Origin: Thraustochytrium aureum
Lineage: Eukaryota
Length of the DNA: 64,000 nucleotides
NCBI GenBank assembly: GCA_012862495.1
Contig: BLSG01000281.1
Coordinates: forward strand, 6,078-70,077
Direction of reading: 5' to 3'
Notes under the pieces: generated by a model
The model's input: the letters and a program-made list of their open reading frames with translations, nothing else
Database searches by the model: none
Told to the model about the DNA's origin: nothing
Part shown: in pieces, positions 32,698 to 42,916 of the stretch
Layout of the letters: each line of letters opens with the position of its first letter
How positions within the stretch are numbered: the stretch's first letter is position 1
Position numbers and translations under genes: made by a program

Positions 32698-34987
32698 TCA
32701 GGGAGCGCCCAAGCGGTTCTCCATCTCGTGCGCGATGCTCTGGAGCACGCTTTTACCACTGATCAACGCAGTGGACGCGACGATGATGTGGAAAGCGCAG
32801 TCTGGCTGCTTGGCGAGAAAGCGCAGAGCAGAGATCTCTGCCAGCGTGATGCCCCCCGTGAAGAAAACGAGCATGACCTTGCGCTTTGGCGGCGGCGCCA
32901 GCTCTGGAGCAGGAGCTGCAGCGGCCCCGCTATCCGCGGCTGCGCCGTCGTTGCGGGCCCCACCTGTCGACACCGTGGCCGACGTCGCGGCGAACGGGTT
33001 GACGCCGGGCTGCTTGACCTTGTAGATTGTGCGACCCGGGAGCTTTTTAAGCGTCTCTTTCGTCTTGTCCCAGCCAGGGTGAATTGCCAGCTGCACGACC
33101 CTGACACTGAGCGGCGCGTACCCCGAAGTAACAAAAGCAATGTCCGTGGGCTTTGCAGGGTCTTGATTGGGCGGGATCAGCCGAAACGTGGACACGAGGC
33201 TTGGCCACTGGTTGCTCCCAGCACGCCGCTTGAGCATGCCCAACTTCTCGAGGTTGTCGAGCGTAAAGATGAGCTCAAACCCGTACGTGTGTACAATGCT
33301 GCGCCGCAGCGAGTCAAGTGCGGCGCTTGGAATGCCGTTCCCCACGAGCGACTGGAGGCACGCGAGGCGCAAAACTTTGGTCCAGGACTCTTGGCGCGCC
33401 ACGCACTCCTCTATGTAAGCCAGTTGATTCTCCCCCTCCAGCATCTCGCGCTCGACGGTCCACATGTTGCGGAACGGCAGGTCGTACACGGTGTCGCGCA
33501 GCCGGTTGACGATGTTGACGTGGCGAGGGAGCAGCTGGCTCTCCACGACGTGGCTGCGCAGGTTGTTGCGCACATAGCTGTCCAAGTCCTCCAGCTCCTT
33601 TCCTTTGACGTCTTGCCAGTTGTCCTTCATCTCACGCGCCTTGACGTTCAAAAAGGCTAGCACGGCATCGATGTTCATGTCGCGCACATCCTCGAAAACG
33701 TGGTCGCTCGAGTTGAGCGACATGGAGACCTTTGGCTTGCGCGAGCTCGCGCTTGTCCGTGGGCCTTGAACAAGGCCGCTCTCCACGAGGTCCGCGTCAA
33801 CCAGAGCGTGGCCGTTGCGAATCCCAATGAGGCTTTCAATCAGCGACTCGTACGTCAGCGCTGTGCACATTGGCNNNNNNNNNNNNNNNNNNNNNNNNNN
33901 NNNNNNNNNNNNNNNNNNNNNNNNNNNNNNNNNNNNNNNNTGAGGCTTTCAATCAGCGACTCGTACGTCAGCGCTGTGCACATTGGCGTAACGAGGTCTA
34001 TGTTGCGGTCCACGAGCAACAGTGTGTCGACTTGGCTAGCGCTCCCCGCCGCCAAGGCGTCGCGGGATTTCATGGCGAATTTGAGGTCGCTCTTCAGCGC
34101 TTCCCTGCTCTCCGCCGTGGCCGGTCCGCCAGCAGCACCAAGGCCGAGCCCCAATCCCCCGTTGCCGTCACCAACGGGTCGCTCGCGCCGAAAATGTCGT
34201 CGTCGTCGTCTTCGTCTTCCTCATCGACGCCGCCAGCGTCGCCGTCGCCCATGGGCCCCCCTGCTTGCTCGTCGAGGGCCTCGGAGGCGAGCTCTTCCTC
34301 GCTCTCGACGCGCATCCGCAGGATCATGTCCAAGACCTTTTTGCTCTGGTCCCCCTTGACCTGTATGTTGGGAATAGGCCCAAAGATCTCCTGCAGCTGC
34401 AGCAAGGCTCGAGCGGCGTACATAAGTGGCGCGTCATCATGCCGCAGGTTGACCTGTGCAAACGCGTTCTCGAGGCCCAGGGACAGCACGTCGGTGTCGA
34501 ACGGGATGAAGCCCAGCGGGTACTCAAATATCGCGTCTTTAAGGATGTCATAAACGCCTTCGTTGCGCAGGAGCTGCTCGCACAGGAAGGACCGCTTTGG
34601 GACAAAGTGCACCTGGAACTTGTACTGCCGCGTCGAGTTCTTGACTTGCGAGGCCACCTGCAGGGCCGCCTTGGACTCCGGCCGAATCACGTAGATGATA
34701 GTCTCGCACTCGGCCTCCAGGTCTGCCCAGTTCAGCTCGATCACGTTCACCACGCCAAAGTTCCTGAGGGTGTTGGAGCCTTCCACAAGGACTAGTTTGA
34801 GCGGCCCAGCCACCGACGGGTCGAAGACCAGGCACTTGTCTCCCGGGCAGCTTTCGACGATGGAGAAGAGACCTTCTCTTGCGCTCTCCAGCACACTTTC
34901 CATACTGACCACTGACTTGCTCAGGTCGGGGTGTTTTCTCAGCGGCACATTCTTCACCTCTCGCAGCGCCGAGGCGACCGTCGCCAT
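32698..34987 (-). CDS. VPS33: Vacuolar protein sorting 33 (Sec1/Munc18 family); apparent frameshift ~34175; spurious gap 33875-33940
   Basis: GDKCLVFDP, FVPKRSFLCEQLL, IPFDTDVLSL, LLVDRNIDLVTPMCTALTYESLI, VRDMN, DIAFVTSGYAPLSVRVVQ, VFFTGGITLAEISALRFL. Confidence 0.93.
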
Positions 34988-35393
34988 TCTCGCTCGCTCG
35001 CTCGCTCGTGCGCGCCCGCTTGCGCCAAGCCTGGTGTTCCCCGGCGTGCCGCTCCTCAGCGGGCACTGCTTTGGCTGCGCTCCTGCGCTCCTGAGCCCCT
35101 CGAGTCGCTCCAGTCTTGGGGCCCTGGAACAGATTGGAGATCTTTTTCCTTCCGAGCTTCCTCGGGTGGCAGTCGATCGAGAGAGCTCGCCGGCTTTGCC
35201 GAGGACTCCGGCGACAAACGAGTCGGGCAAGGGCGGAGGCACGCACGACACGCACTCGACAGGATCGCCATCGCCCTGTTTGCCAACGTGCTGATGTGAG
35301 TTGAGGAGAGTTCGAGCAAGTTGTTTTTGGCACTATTTTGTCAGCTTCCGCTTCGGTACGTTGGGTGAGTAGTACCCTTCCATACTACTCAAA

Positions 35394-36183
35394 CTAGTGC
35401 TCGTCCTGGAAGACGCTGACCGTCTTGATCCTCTTGAGGTCGTTGGGCGCGGCAGTGATGCCAAAGGTGATTTGCCTGTCGATTTTTTTGACGTGGTTGG
35501 CCGACGGGCCTGGCATCGCGCAGTCCCCGATGCTCAAGCTTGTGAATGCGGCGTCAATGATCCGGGACCCGTCGTACTGGCCAAGCTCTGGCGCGGAATG
35601 GATCCACGAGCGCTGCGAGTCCGTGTTCGCCTTCGGGTCGAGACCGAGCTTGAGACTCTCACCGATGAGACCCGTGCCGAATTCCTTCTTCAGCGGGCTG
35701 GCCGCAGCAACCGAGGGCTTGCCACCGGCGCTCGGGGCGCACGAAAGGCCGTTCGCTGTCTGGCGCTGGCCCCACGATTCGCCGACGCGCGGGCCGAACG
35801 AGGCGTTGTGAAGCGTCTCGTCGTGCATCCGCTTGCCCTCGGTCGACTCAAAGGCGGTTGCCTTCTCCATCTCAGACTTCTTCTTGCGCATCGACCTGCT
35901 NNNNNNNNNNNNNNNNNNNNNNNNNNNNNNNNNNNNNNNNNNNNNNNNNNNNNNNNNNNNNNNNNNNNNNNNNNNNNNNNNNNNNNNNNNNNNNNNNNNN
36001 NNNNNNNNNNNNNNNNNNNNNNNNNNNNNNNNNNNNNNNNNNNNNNNNNNNNNNNNNNNACCCGGCAGTGGTCTCATACGAGTTTTTGTAGTTCTGGTTC
36101 GGCAGAACGCCGCTGAGCGGCGGCTGCCGCTCCTCGTACCAGTTCGCATTGAGCGTCTCGCGGCAGTACGTCCGACTCGCCAT
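35394..36183 (-). CDS. Putative axonemal microtubule inner protein with NWE motif; interrupted by a gap
   Basis: N-terminus MASRTYCRETLNANWYEER...YETT resembles the NWxEER motif of the CFAP68/95/107/161 group. C-terminal frame ends SVFQDEH. Confidence 0.6.
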
Positions 36184-36913
36184 GGTCGCCGCCGCGGTCC
36201 GTGCGACCGTGTCGCGCCCTCGTCCACCCTCGCCGACTCCCGCCGCGTCGCAGCAGAGCCTATCGCTTAAGCCCGGCGCAAAACCAGCAGCAGATGGCTT
36301 CTGCGAGCGTGCGAGTTGGGTCTCCGCGGCGCGCAACCAATCCGGCTCGGGTGGATGGATCTATAGAGGAATCGAGGCGCCTGAACGGCTCGGAGGCCCT
36401 CTATTCGCGAGCAGCCTCGTGGCGCCTTCTGGACCTGCTGTGTGCACTGCTGCGATGGCAACGGACATTTTTCTATCCGTCGGAAAAGAGGCGGTGGCAC
36501 GTGGACTTGCTTGGACGTGCAAGCGCCCAGGCTCGCGTGACGGGCGAGAAACAGCACTGGCGGCCAGGGCATTTCAGGTATTCGCTCGCCTCTTGCACAT
36601 CGACCTCGCCGAGACGCGCTGGCCCGACTGCGGCCAGCTGGCGCAGGGCGACGCGGCGCTGACGCTGGAAACGAACGGCCGAGGCTGCGCGAAAAACTTC
36701 CGCATCGTGACGGGAAGGGGCGAAAGGATCGCGCCAAGACGCCAAGGCGCTCGGCGTGAGGTCGCGCTTGAGCTGACGCGGCGCGCGGGGCTGGGTTGAA
36801 GCGCCGCACAGGACCGGTGGCAAGACGAGGCGCGGCGCTGGGAACGCGGCGAGCCCGTTGCAGGACCGTCGGCGTCGCGCTCGCGGCACTCGTGCCTCAC
36901 GCCGAGGCGAGAG

Positions 36914-39578
36914 ATGACTAGTCCTGTGAGCTCATCCGCGAGCCACACCAAGATCATGTACAAAGTGCAGGGCGGGGACGTGTGGAGCGCAAGCGGCCTG
37001 GCAAGGACCCCGGGAACCCAAGCAACGCTCGCCGCGCTGCGTCGCCAAAGTTCCTCGTCGGCACGCCAAAGTCGAACGCTAGTGAGAGAATCAGGCAGAC
37101 GGCACGACCGACGAGCGCCTACGCACGCAAGAGCAACACCCGGCGAGCGTGCAACAGGCCGACGCGAGGTTCGCAAAAGCCTGGCAGCGTCCAGCGAGTG
37201 CGAAGAGCAGCAGCAGCAGCAGCAGTAGACGAGAAATAGTGGCGACGCACGGGGGTGGCACTTCCTCGAGGCCTAGCGTCCTGACGAGTGGGCATCGGGC
37301 TGCAGGCTCGTCACCTCAGCGCAGCCACGTCCACGCAACGAATATTCGGCTAATGGAGAAGAACGAGCTCTTGCGCAAAGAGCTTCAGCGCCTGCAGCGG
37401 AGTCGGGAAAGCCGCGAGCAGCAAATGCGAAAGGACTCGCTCCGAAGCAAGCCAAACGCCTTGCATCGGCCAGGGTCGGCCTTGACCAGGCTAGCAAACA
37501 GCAGCAGCAGCAGCAGCCAGAGTTCGAGCAGGGCCTCGTCCCGAACAATCGAAATCTCAAGCGTGTCCTCCGCTGACCTAAAGGCAGAGCACCTGTCCGT
37601 GGAGCGAAACGAGGCCCATGCTAATCCAGTTGCCACTTCAATCCAGTCTGCATCAAGCGCGAGAGCGGCCGGATCCGGCGTCCACGCAGTCCGGGCGGCT
37701 GCTGCAGCAGTTCCCGCAAGGTACGAAAGCGGCGGTCACAACAGCGTCGTCGCTGGAGTGAGGGCCGTGAGCAGCACAGGGAATACAGGGCGCGCGGCGC
37801 CGATAACCATTTCCGTTCCAACAAAGGACGAACCAAGCTCCTCCGCAGCGTCTTCAGGGCGCATTTCGATCGGCTCGTCGAGGTCTGCCGGAGAACCGGC
37901 CTCGCAACCTGGCTCCACGGATGACGTAGCCAATATGGAGCGAGAGGCCGCAACAAGTGCGGCGACCAGGGCGTCAAATTCGGGCAAGCCCGGGGCTGCG
38001 AGGCCGGTCAGCGCGGGGTATCGCCGGGACTCCGCACTTCGTGCTCAAACCCCTTCTTACAGCCATACCGCCTTTGCAGCGCAACGGCAGAGCGAGTCGG
38101 CAGCTCGCCCAAGCAGCGCGCGCCCTGTGCGCGTGGAGACTCAGCCCGTCAAAATCGAGTACGCTCCTCAGGACAAGCCGACACAGCGGCCGAAATCTGC
38201 GGTGTACAGGTCCTCTCCAAGTGGCGTAGCGACAGGCTGGTCGACAACTGAGAGCGACGGCTCGGCCAGGATCCGGCCAACGACGGCAGGCCACCGGCCT
38301 GGGCCAGTCCAGGTCGAGCCTGCGCAACGCCCTGCTTCGGCCTCACACGCAGCGGCGCCCCAAACCGAAACACGGTCCGCTGCAAGCGCGACCGCATCCT
38401 CCACGACTGGAGCCCCGCAATCTTCAGGTGGCCAGCAAGCCGAGCGCGAACGACTCCAAAAACTCATAGGGTCTGCAGACTGGAGTGGCATCGGGCGGAG
38501 CGACTGCTACGTATTCGGCAAGCTGCTCGGCCAGGGCTCGTTCGGCACGGTGCGGCTCGCACACCACAAGATCACTGGCCACAAGGTCGCCGTCAAGACC
38601 TACGAGCGCGCGCGCTTCAAGGACGCGGCGCAGGTCAAGCGCGCCAAGCAAGAGATCGCCTTGATGGGCGAGCTTAACCACATCCACATCTGCCGCCTAT
38701 TCGAGGTGTTTGAGACGAGCAAGCGGATCCACCTTGTCATGGAGGCTGCCTCTGGCGGGAACCTGTGCAGCTACGTGAAGAGTCGCAAGCGACTGCCCGA
38801 GGGCGAGGCGGTCCGCATATTTTACCACGTTACGCTCGCGCTCGAGTACCTCCACACGAACGGGATTGTGCACCGCGATGTCAAGCTCGAAAACGTCCTG
38901 TTCGACTCCAACCGCGTCATCAAGCTCGTCGATTTTGGCTTCAGCGTCAAGGCTGGAGACCGCAAGCTCAAAGTCTTTTGCGGAACGCCGAGCTACATGG
39001 CGCCCGAGATTGTTCGTCGCAAGGAGTACGCCGGCTTCCCCGTCGACGTTTGGTCGCTTGGGGTGCTTCTCTATGCCATGCTCTGTGGGCGCTTCCCCTT
39101 CACCGCCAAGACCTACCCAGAGCTCTACAAGAAGATCGCAAAGGGCGTGTATCAGATCCCCGATTCGATCTCTCCGAGTGTACGAGACGCCATTCGCCGC
39201 ATGCTGTGCCTCAACCCAGCGATGAGAGTCACCATCCCCCAGGTCCTGGCGCATCGCATCGTGACCGAGCGCGCGGACTCGTTCCCGCGCGTCCCATCAC
39301 CGAACAAATGCACCCATCTGATTTCGGATGACCCTGCGGACGACATCTCGCAGCCGCTCCTCAAGCAGCTCGTCGACTTTGGGTTTCCCAAGGACCGACT
39401 CGTACGGTCCATCATGGAGCGTCGACGCAACCACCTCACGACGACCTATTACCTCTTGGCAATGAAGGCCGAGAAGAAGCGCCTCCTTTTGGCCAAGCAG
39501 CGCGCAGCTTCGGCTGCGCCAGCCTCAGAGCCAAACCCTGCAGCCCCAGGGAGCAGCAGCGACCCGACCTCATCGTAG
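36914..39578 (+). CDS. CAMK-group (MARK/SNF1-like) Ser/Thr kinase with long disordered N-terminus and UBA-like domain; N-terminal frameshifts ~37075-37135
   Basis: LGQGSFGTV, VAVK, HRDVKLEN, DFG, FCGTPSYMAPE, DVWSLGV at about 38510-39255, followed by UBA-like LVDFGF...NHLTTTYYLL. The start at 36914 is inferred. Confidence 0.9.
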
Positions 39579-40007
39579 TGGGCTTCCGCGCGCCCGAAAC
39601 TGCCACTTGCGTAAAGTGAAAAAAGCCCATGCCATCCGCCCAAACCCACAGTTGTATTCCCACGCTCTGCATCTCGCAGCAAGTCGACCAATTGACTCGA
39701 AGCGGCAACACCAAGCCCGGCCCTCGCGCTCTCGGCAAGCCCGCGTCGCCACCGGAATGCGGCTGATTTTTCTTGAAATCAAGAGCGCTGGGCAACCTGC
39801 TGTTTGCCAGAAGGCGCAAAACGCCGGCATTGGTCGGAACCCACGCGCACGCCAACCGCCACGTCCCAGAATGCGCGTGATTCGCTTGGTCGTTTAACAC
39901 TAGTCATTAGATTTGAGAAACCGTGGTTATTACGAGACCAGTATACCGGATGGGCCAGAAAGAGGGCGAGCGAGCAGAGCCCGAACGCGGACAGGCAGCG
40001 AGAGAGC

Positions 40008-40010
40008 GGG

Positions 40011-40058
<48 letters not shown>

Positions 40059-40060
40059 CA
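40008..40060. repeat. GGCA microsatellite (~13 units)
   Basis: Seen directly, about 40 bp upstream of ATG 40097. Confidence 0.9.
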
Positions 40061-40096
40061 AGGGGCTGGAGCGCCGCGGCTGGGAGGTCGGCGAGG

Positions 40097-42526
40097 ATGA
40101 GCGCGAGCTTGAGCGCCGGCGTGGCGTCCTGGCTCAGGGCAAAGTCAGCGGGCGCGGTCGAGCGCGACCAGGACGGCGTGCCGGTGATGTCACCGAAAAC
40201 CGTGCGATGCTTGTGCCTGGAGCATGAAGGGTATGAGTGCGAGGAGATTAACGACAAGCTCTACCTCCACTTTCAAGGGTTCAGAGAGATTGGTGGCCTT
40301 GAAAAGTACACGGGGCTCAAGTGCCTCTACCTCGACTCAAACGCGCTGACGGAGGTGCATGGACTGGGCCACCTTCAAGATCTCCGATCGCTGTTCTTGC
40401 AGCAAAACCTGATCAAGAGCGTGGCAGCTCCGGCTTTTCAGGGCCTGACGCAGCTTGTCACACTAGACATTTCCCACAACCTGCTGCGGAGCCTCGATGG
40501 CATGGGCTGCTTGCCAGCTTTGCAGACACTCAACGCCTCGAAAAACCAGCTGGGGGACGCGGCGGCCATCCGAGACCTCGCACAGTGCGCCAAGCTTTCC
40601 AGCCTAGACTTGCGCGGCAACCAGCTCAGGGAAGCTGCACACGACGCGGTCCTCGCGACGCTGGATCAGATCGAGCAGCTAACAGCGCTTTACCTGAGTG
40701 GCAACCCCTGCGTAAAAGCAATCAAGCACTACCGCAAGGCACTCGTGACGCGCTTCGCGCGGCTCAATTACCTCGACGACCGCCCTGTCGACGCCCGGGA
40801 GCGAACCTTGGCGCAAGCGTGGTGCGATGGCGGTCTCGAGGCGGAATCCAAAGCGCGCGAGTTGTGGCTCGCGAACGAGGCTTCCAAACAGCACGACCAG
40901 CTTCGATCGTGGAAGGAATTCAAGGCGCGGGCCATCGCTGAACGGCAAGCTGAGGTTGAGGCTGCCGCGAAAGAGGGCCGCGAACCATCCGAGCCCCGCA
41001 AGTTCGTCTCGTACNNNNNNNNNNNNNNNNNNNNNNNNNNNNNNNNNNNNNNNNNNNNNNNNNNNNNNNNNNNNNNNNNNNNNNNNNNNNNNNNNNNNNN
41101 NNNNNNNNNNNNNNNNNNNNNNNNNNNNNNNNNNNNNNNNNNNNNNNNNNNNNNNNNNNNNNNNNNNNNNNNNNNNNNNNNNNNNNNNNNNNNNNNNNNN
41201 NNNNNNNNNNGTCTGATACGCGAGCTTGCAGTGGCGGAAGCTGAAGCGGAAAAGCTACGGATTATTGGAGATGGGGTCGCAGGCATGGATCTCGTGCACC
41301 CGGGCGAGAGAAGTGAGCTCGCTGCAGCGCAAGAGGTGTGCCAGGCGCAGGAGCTTCCTGTCGTTCACGATAGCGCTACGGAACAAGCAGACCCTGGGTC
41401 AAGCCTAGATGCCACCGATGCTGCCATCGAAACGGCGAGCCACTGCAGCTCGATCGTCGTCGAGGCAGTGCCGCCGGTCGGGCCGCTGACGACACCGGAG
41501 GAGGAAAGCAGACAGCGGCGCATTGACGAGTCGATCCGATTGCACCAAGCTCGAAAGCTTCTCAAAGGCGTCACGCCTGCAAGCCAGGTCCGGCCGGCTT
41601 CATTTGTTCCTGATCAAGCAAAACCATCGATGTCTAATGTCCTGTCCATGGACACGCAGAGCGCCCCGATCCTGAAGGAAGAGATGGGCAATGCGCGCTC
41701 GGGCACTGCGGAGCCGCAGGTTCGGTCCGACGATTTGTGTTTGGCGCTGGACAGTGAACTTCTGTGCAAACTTGTACGTGACTCCCGCTTCGACTTCGAC
41801 AAGGCTGCTGCCGAGTACTCGCGCCAAACAGGAGCTCGATTCTCGAGCGGCGACTGCCGCTTGCGTTTCGCTGAGCTGCGCAAACAACAGGCGACTGTTC
41901 CGCCAGCGGCGAGCACGATGGCCAACCCACGGGCTTCCGCAGCAGGCGAGGGTCACGAGGCCCGACTGGTGCCGCCGCCACCTCACGAAGAGCGAATGGA
42001 ACAGTCTCAGGCGTCAGGTAAACCCAGCGGAGCAGAACCGGCTCGACTCGGGCTTGCAACAAGTGATGCTGCGGAAGGGGACGGTGAGGAAGGGCCGGCA
42101 CTAGGCAGGCCCATGCCGAGTGTTAGCGTCCAGGCGCCTCGAAACCTGCCGTCTGTGGCCGACTTTGACGATGAGGACGACCAGGATATCTTTTCGCCTA
42201 CCGTCGAAGAGGGCCGGTCTGCACTCGGAGGGAGTCCGCCGGAGAGCGACCCGCTCGTTTCAGAACCCCAGCAGCAGACGCCCAGCATGGATGAGAGTCC
42301 TGCAAGCCCGGAGTCCAATCCAGCTCGGCAACAGTGGTCGCAATGGAGGCCAGCGCAAGATGAGGCAAGGTTTGCTGCAGAGCAGGGGTCTGGACCTTTT
42401 TCAAAGCGACTCACTCGCGAGGCCATCATCTCTGATCTGCATGGAAGCGTTGACCACCCACTTGCACGCGCAATCAACAAAGCCGGTGACGAGGATGACG
42501 ACCTCGTTTTGGAGGGGCTCGATTAG
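40097..42526 (+). CDS. DNAAF1: Dynein axonemal assembly factor 1 (LRRC50/ODA7)-like LRR protein; contains a gap
   Basis: Y...EINDKLYLHFQGF..I.GLEKYTGLKCLYLDSN, SDS22-type LRRs, LYLSGNPCV..IKHYRK, LNYLDDRPV...ER..AQAW..GGLEAE. Confidence 0.9.
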   Translation: MSASLSAGVASWLRAKSAGAVERDQDGVPVMSPKTVRCLCLEHEGYECEEINDKLYLHFQGFREIGGLEKYTGLKCLYLDSNALTEVHGLGHLQDLRSLFLQQNLIKSVAAPAFQGLTQLVTLDISHNLLRSLDGMGCLPALQTLNASKNQLGDAAAIRDLAQCAKLSSLDLRGNQLREAAHDAVLATLDQIEQLTALYLSGNPCVKAIKHYRKALVTRFARLNYLDDRPVDARERTLAQAWCDGGLEAESKARELWLANEASKQHDQLRSWKEFKARAIAERQAEVEAAAKEGREPSEPRKFVSYXXXXXXXXXXXXXXXXXXXXXXXXXXXXXXXXXXXXXXXXXXXXXXXXXXXXXXXXXXXXXXXXXXLIRELAVAEAEAEKLRIIGDGVAGMDLVHPGERSELAAAQEVCQAQELPVVHDSATEQADPGSSLDATDAAIETASHCSSIVVEAVPPVGPLTTPEEESRQRRIDESIRLHQARKLLKGVTPASQVRPASFVPDQAKPSMSNVLSMDTQSAPILKEEMGNARSGTAEPQVRSDDLCLALDSELLCKLVRDSRFDFDKAAAEYSRQTGARFSSGDCRLRFAELRKQQATVPPAASTMANPRASAAGEGHEARLVPPPPHEERMEQSQASGKPSGAEPARLGLATSDAAEGDGEEGPALGRPMPSVSVQAPRNLPSVADFDDEDDQDIFSPTVEEGRSALGGSPPESDPLVSEPQQQTPSMDESPASPESNPARQQWSQWRPAQDEARFAAEQGSGPFSKRLTREAIISDLHGSVDHPLARAINKAGDEDDDLVLEGLD

Positions 42527-42564
42527 CTTCTAAAGCGGGCGCAAAGCACTGCGAAATTGTCAAC

Positions 42565-42652
42565 CCCCTTCTCGAGAGACACCTGCTGTGCTCGGGATCC
42601 CTTGCATCTGCTTCTCCCTTCTCGCGAGACACCTGCTGTGCCCGGGATCCCG
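42565..42652. repeat. Direct repeat of ~36 bp (2 copies)
   Basis: CCCTTCTCG[A/C]GAGACACCTGCTGTGC[T/C]CGGGATCCC occurs twice about 50 bp apart, between convergent genes. Confidence 0.8.
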
Positions 42653-42916
42653 CAGAGGGTTTTGCCCTTGCGAGTCCCACCGCCTTTTGATCGAGGCAAT
42701 GCAGGTTTTTTAATTAAAAGGGATGGGATTCGGCTGCCTACTGGGCTGCAAGTGACGGGACGGGGCGTCTCTCCGCACTTCGGAGGCCGCGCGGTGAAGA
42801 GCCCCCAGAGCAGAAACCCGACTGACGACCAAAAGCCTGAAGATGGCGAAGATAGTTTTGAGTACGCAGTTCACCTATTCACTGAAAGGCTGGGCGCACC
42901 ACTCAGTCTCCCTGCC

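Noticed and set aside
33828..33987. Apparent internal duplication in VPS33 around a gap
   Set aside because: The same ~47 bp flank both sides of the N run, indicating an unmerged contig overlap.
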